Shown here: positions 1 through 11,557 of the stretch, in pieces
How the letters are laid out: each line of letters begins with the position of its first letter
How positions within the stretch are numbered: the stretch's first letter is position 1
NCBI GenBank assembly: GCA_040285825.1
Contig: JAUPSS010000009.1
Location: 62,001-126,000 of the forward strand
Direction: 5' to 3'
Length of the DNA: 64,000 bases
From: Eukaryota sp. TZLM1-RC
Lineage: Eukaryota; Protista; Metamonada: BaSk clade
Translations under genes and position numbers: made by a program
Notes under the pieces: generated by a model
Database searches by the model: none
Told to the model about the DNA's origin: nothing
Seen by the model: the letters and a program-made list of their open reading frames with translations, nothing else

Positions 1-39
1 TATTATATTATATTATATTATATTATATTATATTATATT
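1..39 (+). repeat. (TATTA)n tract 1, truncated by window start; telomere-like
   Basis: Perfect 5-bp tandem repeat read directly. Confidence 0.95.
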
Positions 40-2476
40 CTTTATATTTATATGGATTCTTTAAATTCTCTTCATCCACCTGAAGACTTCACCATAAATC
101 ACATTGTCTCTGATAATGAACGTGATTTCTTCACTGCTAATCCTATCACTTGTGATGAAGTTAGTGTAGCTATTAAAGGACTTCCGTCTGGTCGTTCTGC
201 TGGGCCTTCTGGACTTAGTTATGATCATTTGAAGTCCGCAGTCAACATATGTCCAGAAATCGTGGATGATTTAGTTTTCTTTTTTAATAGTGTCATCATG
301 GGACGTTTTAAGTTACCACAGGCGTTAATGGCATCTCGTTTAGTTGCTTTAAATAAGCCTGGAGGTGGTGTCAGACCTATTGCTGTTGGTGAGTCCATAA
401 CGAGATTATTAGCAATTATTTCGTTTAAAAGAGTTAAGTCATCCGCAATTAATTTTTTTCGTCCTTATCAGTTTGCTATCGGCATTCCTGATGGCACAAC
501 ATGTGCTGCGTTGTGTACAGATTTACTTTTCAATCAAAAAGGCGAAAATTATTTATTGAACATTGATTTTAAAAATGCTTTCAACTCCGTTTTTCGCTCC
601 AGTATTTTGCAAGAACTTGAACTACACTATCCTCCACTTTTGCCGTATTTTAAATTGATGTATGGATCACCCTCTAACTTAATTTTTCATTCTGAGAATA
701 TTGTTTCGTCAAGAGGGGTCAAACAAGGGGATCCATTGGGTTTATTTTTCTTTTGCTTAGCACTGCAATCAGTTTTGGTAAAATTTAAATCGGATTTTCC
801 TGACATTCATATATGTGCTTATGCAGATGATTTATCACTTATTGGCCCTTTGGCTCTTTTACAACACGGTTTACAACATTTTGTTTTTCTGGCCAAACAA
901 ATAGGGTTAGACATTAAATTGCCCAAGTGTTTCATTTTTGGTAATCAGCATGCGGAGGTGGCATTTAATGAAACTTTTATCAAATACGTTGATTACGGGG
1001 AAGATGCTATTCGGTTTCTTGGATCTTATTTTGGAAATAGTGAAAAAGTTAAATCGATTTTGTCAGGTATTTTGGAAAAAATCGAAGAGCAACTTTTGGC
1101 TATTCAAGATCTACAAATTGACAAACATTTAGCGTTTTCGGTCCTCAATGTGTGTTTTGGATCAAAAATTAATCATCTTCTTCGTTCTTTATCTCCCACA
1201 ATTTCTCATGATTTTGCACGTCAATTCAATACTTTGAGAACAAATTTCTTAGGAAATTTAGTAGAAGTTTGTCCATCTAAAATTCCTTATCATGCATTCT
1301 TTAGTCCTAAATTTGGTGGAGTTGGTTTTCAAAAGCAGAGTATTTATGCAAAAGTGCTTTTATTGGTGGTATGAAAAATTTTCTTTTTGAATGGAAACTT
1401 CGTTTTGATCATATTCCTTTGAATGAATCACATCCTTTATTAATTTCTCTTGACAAAATGGTGCAAGAACTACCTGTTGATGTTTGGAATAGGAGTTTTC
1501 CTTCAAGTTTGCCTACTGTGCCTTCGAGATCTTTCACCAATCTTCATCTTGCTGTTGTGAAATTACAGAAGTCTGTTCTTATTGGTTTTGAAGACCTGGA
1601 TTTTTCTAAACGACTTAGTGTGACTAAGATTAATAATCCCGTCTTTGCTGCCTTTTTATCAGACATTCAGAACTGTACTAGTTTAATATCTCAGCAACCA
1701 AGGCCATTTGGTCTTCACTTAACAAATGAAGCTTGGAAACAAAACATGCGGTTGAGATTAGGGATGTATCCAAGTGGTCTTTTGGACAATTCTTATTGTA
1801 TTTGTAACAAAAACCTACTGCCAATTTTTCGTCATATTGTGAGCTGTAAGAAATTTCTCCAATATAGGTCAGTTCTTCATAATGCCGTTCGTGATGTGAC
1901 ATATGAGATGTTCAAGTGTTACAATTTTAGTTGCAAAGTAGAACCTTTGTTGAAGCATTATAGTGATGATAATCTTTTTAATTCACGTCGAGGTGATTTA
2001 ATTGCTCCTTTTGTGGATTCCTCTCAAGTTGTTGTTGATTTCACTACAGTTGATCCCTTTGCTTTGGTTTATCGCGATGATGTTTTTACTTAGTACTAAT
2101 GGTCATTTGAACAAGGCTGAAGATCGTAAGAGATAAATATACTGAGATATTAAATGATTTAAATAAGAACCTTTATTCGAAGTTTTCGTTTGTTCCTTTT
2201 GCCTTTTCGATTTTTGGCAACATTGGACAATCCGCCTTGAATTTCATCAATGATTTTGGTAATTTATGTCGTTCAAGTGGTAAGAATTTTTGCAGAGAAT
2301 TTATGGAAAAATCGTATCATTTTCGCTTTGTACAGAAGTGTTCCCAAGTACTTGAGTTTAATGATGTCTAAACTTTATAAGGATTCATCAAGAGTTGGCG
2401 TGGAGAATTTAGTTTCTTATGTGTTTTTAGTTTGTTTTGTTTTTATTTGATTCTTTATATAAATACATATTTATAT
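40..2476 (+). mobile_element. CRE-clade (RLE-type) non-LTR retrotransposon, family A copy 1
   Basis: RT motifs SAGPSG, RPIAVGE, IDFKNAFN, GVKQGDPLG, AYADD. CxC..H..C knuckle, then HNAVRD, EP, RGD..VVVDF, K..KY endonuclease motifs. Flanked on both sides by TATTA tracts. Confidence 0.9.
52..2430 (+). CDS. RT/zinc knuckle/RLE polyprotein, family A; joined across frameshifts near 1330, 2090 and 2285 (possibly sequencing indels)
   Basis: ORFs 52-1374, 1371-2093 and 2250-2450 join into one RT-RLE protein. The breaks fall in homopolymers and are at different positions in copy 2. Confidence 0.8.
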
Positions 2477-2874
2477 TTATATTATATTATATTATATTAT
2501 ATTATATTATATTATATTATATTATATTATATTATATTATATTATATTATATTATATTATATTATATTATATTATATTATATTATATTATATTATATTAT
2601 ATTATATTATATTATATTATATTATATTATATTATATTATATTATATTATATATATTATATTATATTATATTATATTATATTATATTATATTATATTATA
2701 TTATATTATATTATATTATATTATATTATATTATATTATATTATATTATATTATATTATATTATATTATATTATATTATATTATATTATATTATATTATA
2801 TTATATTATATTATATTATATTATATTATATTATATTATATTATATTATATTATATTATATTATATTATATTAT
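2477..2874 (+). repeat. (TATTA)n tract 2 (~400 bp)
   Basis: Direct tandem repeat. Confidence 0.95.
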
Positions 2875-3864
2875 GGCAATATTCCAGAAAAAAATGTTTT
2901 AAATTTGAAGTACACTCTTCGAACATTACAGAAAAAGATTGACTGGAATGTATGAAAAAGATCTTTATAATAATATTTGCAGCTCGGCTGTTTTAAATCA
3001 AGATCTTCACTCATTGTTGGAAAAAGGGTGTTTGTGAAAACAAGGTGTCAGATTCTTCACTTTTTGTAACCATTGTACCACGAAGATTTGGATTGTGCTA
3101 CTAATGAAGCATTTGTAACAAAAATGAGATTATATTTTGAACATCCCCATTAACCAATTATTATCAAAAGAAAAATGTATTTGTTCGAATTCACCTCAAC
3201 TCACTTTGCCATGCTCTAAATTGCTCTAAATTGATAACTTATCGTTCTTCATTACATGATGCTGTTAGAGACACTGTTTTCAATATGGCACAAACTGCAA
3301 GGATATCGTGTATCAAAAGAGCCCCTGCTGAAAGAAACACTTTCTCTGAATAATTTTTGGTTCTGATGATAGAGGTGATGTATACTGTGATTGGATTGAT
3401 AATTCTGAAGCTATTGTTGACTTTGTCTCATGTAATGTTGCCAACAATACTTTGGTTCACAGAAGAAAACTTAATCCTGTGGCTGCTCTGGATTTTTAAA
3501 GCAAAAGAAAAACATAGAAAATATGATAAAGAAATTGAAGATGCAAATATCGATAGAAATACACAGCTGGTTTTTATTGCTTTTTCCATTTTCGATAAAT
3601 GGAAGATTATCAGTTGAAGCAGAAACTTTTTGGATGACTTCCAAAAAATGGTGAAAAAACAATGAAAAGATTTGATATTTTTTTATGGCGTTCACGGATT
3701 CAATTTGCCATTATTAATAGATTACCGCGGTTTTCAATCGAATTAGAGAAGCTTTTAGCTAGACAGCAAGCAAATCAAGATTTTGTAGAGGAAATCTTGG
3801 TTTAATGATAGTCGTCCCATTAGTTATGATTTAATTTAATCAAGTGTGCAAATTCAATAAATTA
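2875..3864 (+). mobile_element. CRE-clade family B, 5'-truncated 3' fragment (~1 kb)
   Basis: Near-identical to the reverse complement of 8409-9400. Contains HDAVRD and RGDVY..IVDFV RLE motifs. Confidence 0.9.
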
Positions 3865-4283
3865 ATTATATTATATTATATTATATTATATTATATTACA
3901 TTATATTATATTATATTATATTATATTATATTATATTATATTATATTATATTATATTATATTATATTATATTATATTATATTATATTATATTATATTATA
4001 TTATATTATATTATATTATATTATATTATATTATATTATATTATATTATATTATATTATATTATATTATATTATATTATATTATATTATATTATATTATA
4101 TTATATTATATTATATTATATTATATTATATTATATTATATATTATATTATATTATATTATATTATATTATATTATATTATATTATATTATATTATATTA
4201 TATATTATATTATATATTATATTATATTATATTATATTATATTATATTATATTATATTATATTATATTATATTATATTATATT
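3865..4283 (+). repeat. (TATTA)n tract 3 (~420 bp)
   Basis: Direct tandem repeat. Confidence 0.95.
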
Positions 4284-6708
4284 CTTTATATTCTATATGG
4301 ATTCTTTTAAGATTCGGTCTTCATCTACCTGAAGACTTCACCATAAATCACATTGTCTCTGATAATGAACGTGATTTCTTCACTGCTAATCCTATCACTT
4401 GTGATGAGTTAGTGTAGCTATTAAAGGACTTCCGTCTGGTCGTTCTGCTGGGCCTTCTGGACTTAGTTATGATCATTTTGAAGTCCGCAGTCAACATATG
4501 TCCAGAAATCGTGGATGATTTAGTTTTCTTTTTGTAGTGTCATCATGGGACGTTTTAAGTTACCACAGGCGTTAATGGCATCTCGTTTAGTTGCTTTAAA
4601 TAAGCCTGGAGGTGGTGTCAGACCTATTGCTGTTGGTGAGTCCATAACGAGATTATTAGCAATTATTTCGTTTAAAAGAGTTAAGTCATCCGCAATTAAT
4701 TTTTTTCGTCCTTATCAGTTTGCTATCGGCATTCCTGATGGCACAACATGTGCTGCGTTGTGTACAGATTTACTTTTCAATCAAAAAGGCGAAAATTATT
4801 TATTGAACATTGATTTTAAAAATGCTTTCAACTCCGTTTTTCGCTCCAGTATTTTGCAAGAACTTGAACTACACTATCCTCCACTTTTGCCGTATTTTAA
4901 ATTGATGTATGGATCACCCTCTAACTTAATTTTTCATTCTGAGAATATTGTTTCGTCAAGAGGGGTCAAACAAGGGGATCCATTGGGTTTATTTTTCTTT
5001 TGCTTAGCACTGCAATCAGTTTTGGTAAAATTTAAATCGGATTTTCCTGACATTCATATATGTGCTTATGCAGATGATTTATCACTTATTGGCCCTTTGG
5101 CTCTTTTACAACACGGTTTACAACATTTTGTTTTTCTGGCCAAACAAATAGGGTTAGACATTAAATTGCCCAAGTGTTTCATTTTTGGTAATCAGCATGC
5201 GGAGGTGGCATTTAATGAAACTTTTATCAAATACGTTGATTACGGGGAAGATGCTATTCGGTTTCTTGGATCTTATTTTGGAAATAGTGAAAAAGTTAAA
5301 TCGATTTTTGTCAGGTATTTTGGAAAAATCGAAGAGCAACTTTTGGCTATTCAAGATCTGAGCAAATTGACAAAGACATTTAGCGTTTTCGGTCCTCAAT
5401 GTGTGTTTTGGATCAAAATTAATCATCTTCTTCGTTCTTTATCTCCCACAATTTCTCATGATTTTTGCACGTCAATTCGTACTTTGAGAACATGAAATTT
5501 AGTAGAAGTTTGTCCATCTAAAATTCTTATCGCCATTCTTTAGTCCTAAATTTGGTGGAGTTGGTTTTTCCAAAAGCAAGTATTTATGCAAAAGTGCTTT
5601 TTATTGGTGGTATGAAAAATTTTCTTTTTGAATGGAAACTTCGTTTTTGATCATATTCCTTTGAATGAATCACATCGCTATTAATTTCTCTTGACAAAAT
5701 GGTGCAAGAACTACCTGTTGATGTTTGGAATAGGAGTTTTCCTTCAAGTTTGCCTACTGTGCCTTCGAGATCTTTCACCAATCTTCATCTTGCTGTTGTG
5801 AAATTACAGAAGTCTGTTCTTATTGGTTTTTGAAGACCTGGATTTTTCTAAACGACAGTGTGACTAAGATTAATAATCCCGTCTTTGCTGCCTTTTTATC
5901 AGACATTCAGAACTGTACTAGTTTAATATCTCAGCAACCAAGGTGGTCTTCATAACAAATGAAGCTTGGAAACAAAACATGCGGTTGAGATTAGGGATGT
6001 ATCCAAGTGGTCTTTTGGACAATTCTTATTGTATTTGTAACAAAAAACCTACTGCCAATTTTCGTCATATTGTGAGCTGTAAGAAATTTCTCCAATATAG
6101 GTCAGTTCTTCATAATGCCGTTCGTGATGTGACATATGAGATGTTCAAGTGTTACAATTTTTAGTTGCAAAAGTAGAACCTTTGTTGAAGCATTATAGTG
6201 ATGATAATCTTTTTAATTCACGTCGAGGTGATTTAATTGCTCCTTTTGTGGATTCCTCTCAAGTTGTTGTTGATTTCACTACAGTTGATCCCTTTGCTTT
6301 GGTTTATCATGATGATGTTTTACTTAGTACTAATGGTCATTTGAACAAGGCTGAAGATCGTAAGAGATAAATATACTGAGATATTAAATGATTTAAATAA
6401 GAACCTTTATTCGAAGTTTTCGTTTGTTCCTTTTGCCTTTTTCGATTTTTGGCAACATTGGACAATCCGCCTTGAATTTCATCAATGATTTTGGTAATTT
6501 ATGTCGTTCAAGTGGTAAGAATTTTGCAGAGAATTTATGGAAAAATCGTATCATTTTCGCTTTGTACAGAAGTGTTCCCAAGTACTTGAGTTTAATGATG
6601 TCTAAACTTTATAAGGATTCATCAAGAGTTGGCGTGGAGAATTTAGTTTCTTATGTGTTTTAGTTTGTTTTGTTTTTATTTGATTCTTTATATAAATACA
6701 TATTTATA
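4284..6708 (+). mobile_element. CRE-clade family A copy 2 (many indels)
   Basis: Colinear and near-identical to 40-2476, including the same 5' and 3' junctions. RT ORF at 4545-5495. Confidence 0.9.
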
Positions 6709-7495
6709 TTTATATTATATTATATTATATTATATTATATTATATTATATTATATTATATTATATTATATTATATTATATTATATTATATTATATTATAT
6801 TATATTATATTATATTATATTATATTATATTATATTATATTATATTATATTATATTATATTATATTATATTATATTATATTATATTATATTATATTATAT
6901 TATATTATATTATATTATATTATATTATATTATATTATATTATATTATATTATATTATATTATATTATATTATATTATATTATATTATATTATATTATAT
7001 TATATTATATTATATTATATTATATTATATTATATTATATTATATTATATTATATTATATTATATTATATATTATATTATATTATATTATATTATATTAT
7101 ATTATATTATATTATATTATATTATATTATATTATATTATATTATATTATATTATATTATATTATATTATATTATATTATATTATATTATATTATATTAT
7201 ATTATATTATATTATATTATATTATATTATATTATATTATATTATATTATATTATATTATATTATATTATATTATATTATATTATATTATATTATATTAT
7301 ATTATATTATATTATATTATATTATATTATATTATATTATATTATATTATATTATATTATATTATATTATATTATATTATATTATATATTATATTATATT
7401 ATATTATATTATATTATATTATATTATATTATATTATATTATATTATATTATATTATATTATATTATATTATATTATATTATATTATATTATATT
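6709..7495 (+). repeat. (TATTA)n tract 4 (~790 bp)
   Basis: Direct tandem repeat. Confidence 0.95.
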
Positions 7496-8006
7496 TTAGT
7501 GATGATAATCTTTTTAATTCACACGTCGAGGTGATTTAATTGCTCATACTGTGGATTCCTCTCAAGTTGTTGTTGATTTCACTACAGTTGATCCTTTGCT
7601 TTTGGTTTTATCATGATGATGTTTTACTTAGTACTAATGGTCATTTGAACAAGGCTGAAGATCGTAAGAGATAAATATACTGAGATATTAAATGATTTAA
7701 ATAAGAACCTTTATTCGAAGTTTTCGTTTGTTCCTTTTGCCTTTTCGATTTTTGGCAACATTGGACAATCCACTTGAATTTCATCAATGATTTTGGTAAT
7801 TTATGTCGTTCAAGTGGTAAGAATTTTGCAGAGAATTTATGGAAAAATCGTATCATTTTTCGCTTTGTACAGAAGTGTTCCCAAGTACTTGAGTTTAATG
7901 ATGTCTAAACTTTATAAGGATTCATCAAGAGTTGGCGTGGAGAATTTAGTTTCTTATGTGTTTTTAGTTTGTTCTATTTGATTCTTCGTAGAAAATAAAT
8001 AAATAA
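7496..8006 (+). mobile_element. CRE-clade family A copy 3, 5'-truncated (~0.5 kb, RLE region only)
   Basis: Matches 1961-2455. Its 3' tail differs (gaaaataaataaataaa). Confidence 0.9.
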
Positions 8007-8408
8007 ATATTATATTATATTATATTATATTATATTATATTATATTATATTATATTATATTATATTATATTATATTATATTATATTATATTATATTATAT
8101 TATATTATATTATATTATATTATATTATATTATATTATATTATATTATATTATATTATATTATATTATATTATATTATATTATATTATATTATATTATAT
8201 TATATTATATTATATTATATTATATTATATTATATTATATTATATTATATTATATTATATTATATTATATTATATTATATTATATTATATTATATTATAT
8301 TATATTATATTATATTATATTATATTATATTATATTATATTATATTATATTATATTATATTATATTATATTATATTATATTATATTATATTATATTATAT
8401 TATATTAT
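8007..8408 (+). repeat. (TATTA)n tract 5 (~400 bp)
   Basis: Direct tandem repeat. Confidence 0.95.
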
Positions 8409-10599
8409 TTAATTTATTGAATTTGCACACTTGATTAAATTAAATCATAACTAATGGGACGACTATCATTAAACCAAGATTTCCTCTACAAAATCTTGAT
8501 TTGCTTGCTGTCTAGCTAAAGCTTCTCTAATTCGATTGAAAAACCGCGGTAATCTATTGATAATGGCAAATTGAATCCGTAACCATAAAAATATCAAATC
8601 TTTTTCATTGTTTTCTTTTCACCATTTTTGGAAGTCATCCAAAAAAGTTTCTGCTTCAACTGATAATCTTCCATTTATCGAAAATGGGAAAGCAATAAAA
8701 ACCAGCTGTGTATTTCTATGGATATTTGCATCTTCAATTTCTTTATCATATTTTCTATGTTTTTCTTTTTGCTTTAAAAATCCAGAGCAGCCACAAGATT
8801 AAGTTTTCTTCTGTGAACCAAAGTATCGTTTGCAACATTACATGAGACAAAGTCAACAATAGCTTCAGAATTATCAATCCAATCACAGTATACATCACCT
8901 CTATCATCAGAACCAAAATTATTCAGAGAAAGTGTTTCTTTCAGCAGGGGCTCTTTTGATACGATATCCTTGCAGTTTGTGCCATATTGAAAACAGTGTC
9001 TCTAACAGCATCATGTAATGAAGAACGATAAGTTATCAATTTAGAGCAATTTAGAGCATGGCGCAAAGTGAGTTGAGGTGAATTCGAACAAATACATTTT
9101 TCTTTTGATAATAATTGGTTAATGGGGATGTTCAAATATAATCTCATTTTTGTTACAAATGCTTCATTAGTAGCACACAATCCAAATCTTCGTGGTACAA
9201 TGGTTACAAAAAGTGAAGAATCTGACGCCTTGTTTTCACAAACACCCTTTTCCAATAACAATGAGAGAAGATCTTGATTTAAAACAGCCAAGCTGCAAAT
9301 ATTATTATAAAGATCTTTTTCATACATTCCAGTCAATCTTTTCTGTAATGTTCGAAGAGTGTACTTCAAATTTAAAACATTTGTTTCTGGAATATTGCCA
9401 TTGAATGATTGGGGAAAACATCGACCCCATTTTTCTACATCAATTCTTGAAATTTCTTCATTTAATGCAAAAACAGTGGAACTTTGCGTTGTCATCAATA
9501 AATCTTCCCAATCTGCAAATCTTTCGGAGAACTCAAAGATTGCATTTCTGCATCCACCAACAAAAGCACACGAGGTAAGAATAGAAGCCTTCGTCCACCC
9601 TAAACCACCATAATGTGGACTAAGGTAAGCATGATCTGGAATTTGAAACATTTTACATCCCAGTAATTGAGACAGAACTTTTGCACGTAACTCATTAAAC
9701 TTTTGAGCCAAAGGTCTAGTGACGAGAGGATTTGTAGATCGAAATATATGATTAAAATTGGAACTAAAACACAGTCTTATTATGGCAAATTTGATGTGTG
9801 TTTGTATATCTAAATTCATCATTCGGTCAATTTTGTCAGAAATTGAGTTCAACTTTTCAAACAATTTTTTGGTAATTTCATCATTATTTCCTAAAAACGA
9901 ACCCAAATGACGAATAGCATCAATTGAATATAATTTGGCTTGAATTTCAATATCATCAATTATTGTGGAAACTGGAGAATTCGATAACAAAACACATTTA
10001 AGTAAATTAAGTCGGAGACCAATTTTGGTAAATAATTCTTTAAAACATACAGTTGCTTTTTTCACAATATTTAATTCACCAATAAGCACAACATCATCCA
10101 TATATGCAATCATTTTTAGTGAAGGAAACATCTCTTGAATTTGCAGTAGAATAGGATGAATGGCCAAACAAAACAAAAGAGGTCCTAACGGATCTCCTTG
10201 CTTTACGCCACTTGATGAACTCAAAATGTTGTTACCAAAATGTAAATTAGAATATGTGCAATATGTTGATTGAAAATATGGTATTAATTCTGGCATATAT
10301 TGCAATAGAGCACCATGGATACTGCGACGACTTAGTGAATTGAAAACATTACTAAAATCCAATGACATGCAAACATTGGATTCATTTTGACGAAATAAGA
10401 CATCAGTAGCAAAAATCGCTGAAGAGACTCCATCTGTAGTATTTATACCATATTGAAAGGGTAATAAAATCTTTTTAGCTTTTTCATTGAACCTGCTTAA
10501 GCAACACGCAGAAAAAATATTATGTAAGCTCTCAGAGACTGCAATAGGGCGAACATCCATTTTTGAATTTTTGACAAGTGCAGTCAAACGAGAACTTCT
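8409..10599 (-). mobile_element. CRE-clade family B, 5'-truncated at the start of RT, inverted relative to the other array members
   Basis: RT ORF 8941-10587 plus the RLE tail. The 3' end matches that of 2875-3864. Confidence 0.9.
8941..10587 (-). CDS. Family B reverse transcriptase + zinc knuckle (no true start; continues into RLE after a frameshift)
   Basis: RSSRLTALVK..RPIAVSE, LDFSNVFN, GVKQGDPLGP, AYMDD, GGLG, CICSN..HALNC. Confidence 0.85.
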   Translation of the reverse strand: MTALVKNSKMDVRPIAVSESLHNIFSACCLSRFNEKAKKILLPFQYGINTTDGVSSAIFATDVLFRQNESNVCMSLDFSNVFNSLSRRSIHGALLQYMPELIPYFQSTYCTYSNLHFGNNILSSSSGVKQGDPLGPLLFCLAIHPILLQIQEMFPSLKMIAYMDDVVLIGELNIVKKATVCFKELFTKIGLRLNLLKCVLLSNSPVSTIIDDIEIQAKLYSIDAIRHLGSFLGNNDEITKKLFEKLNSISDKIDRMMNLDIQTHIKFAIIRLCFSSNFNHIFRSTNPLVTRPLAQKFNELRAKVLSQLLGCKMFQIPDHAYLSPHYGGLGWTKASILTSCAFVGGCRNAIFEFSERFADWEDLLMTTQSSTVFALNEEISRIDVEKWGRCFPQSFNGNIPETNVLNLKYTLRTLQKRLTGMYEKDLYNNICSLAVLNQDLLSLLLEKGVCENKASDSSLFVTIVPRRFGLCATNEAFVTKMRLYLNIPINQLLSKEKCICSNSPQLTLRHALNCSKLITYRSSLHDAVRDTVFNMAQTARISYQKSPC

Positions 10600-11102
10600 T
10601 TATATTATATTATATTATAACTTCATTATATTATATTATATTATATTATATTATATTATATTATATTATATTATATTATATTATATTATATTATATTATA
10701 TTATATTATATTATATTATATTATATTATATTATATTATATTATATTATATTATATTATATTATATTATATTATATTATATTATATTATATTATATTATA
10801 TTATATTATATTATATTATATTATATTATATTATATTATATTATATTATATTATATTATATTATATTATATTATATTATATTATATTATATTATATTATA
10901 TTATATTATATTATATTATATTATATTATATTATATTATATTATATTATATTATATTATATTATATTATATTATATTATATTATATTATATTATATTATA
11001 TTATATTATATTATATTATATTATATTATATTATATTATATTATATTATATTATATTATATTATATTATATTATATTATATTATATTATATTATATTATA
11101 TT
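10600..11102 (+). repeat. (TATTA)n tract 6 (~500 bp), innermost long tract
   Basis: Direct tandem repeat with one short interruption near 10619-10625. Confidence 0.95.
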
Positions 11103-11422
11103 TTTTAGGTACTGTATTTTTATTGAAATAAAATTCTATCTAGTATTTATCATCTTCCAAACAAGCATCACTATTAGTAAACCTCATCAACTCACCGCAT
11201 TTCGTTCATATTCTACACCAATAGCTAAAAAGAGCTTTAGTACTCATTGTTGGAATAGACTTGAAAATGCAAAAAAAAAAAACAATTTTATTTAACCAGA
11301 AAGTGGAATTCATTTTTTTACGAGATCTAATGTGTAAAACTTTTTTGAAGTTTTGAAAAGGTGTATCCCTGAAGGTCCATTATTGCCAAAAAGAGAAATT
11401 GCAAACAGCACACACTATATTT

Positions 11423-11460
11423 TATTATATTATATTATGTTATATTATATTAATATTATT
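11423..11460 (+). repeat. Short degenerate TATTA tract
   Basis: ttattatattatattatgttatattatattaatattatt, same polarity as the long tracts. Confidence 0.7.
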
Positions 11461-11557
11461 CACTAGTATTTACACAAATTTTTATCAACCACGCAAATTT
11501 GATTATATTTATTGAACATGCACACTTAATTAAATTAATTCACAACTAATGGGACGA

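Noticed and set aside
52-1374. RT as telomerase, group II intron, retron or Penelope RT
   Set aside because: The motifs and the downstream CCHC + RLE domains fit RLE-type non-LTR elements. No TERT T-motif or GIY-YIG domain was seen.
1-11102. CRISPR-like repeat-spacer interpretation
   Set aside because: The repeats are long microsatellite tracts and the spacers are kb-scale retroelements. No cas genes; eukaryotic context.
2432-11131. Long YYIIL-repeat ORFs (2432, 2437, 3844, 6653, 6670, 10487, 10578)
   Set aside because: Artefacts of translating the stop-free strand of (TATTA)n.
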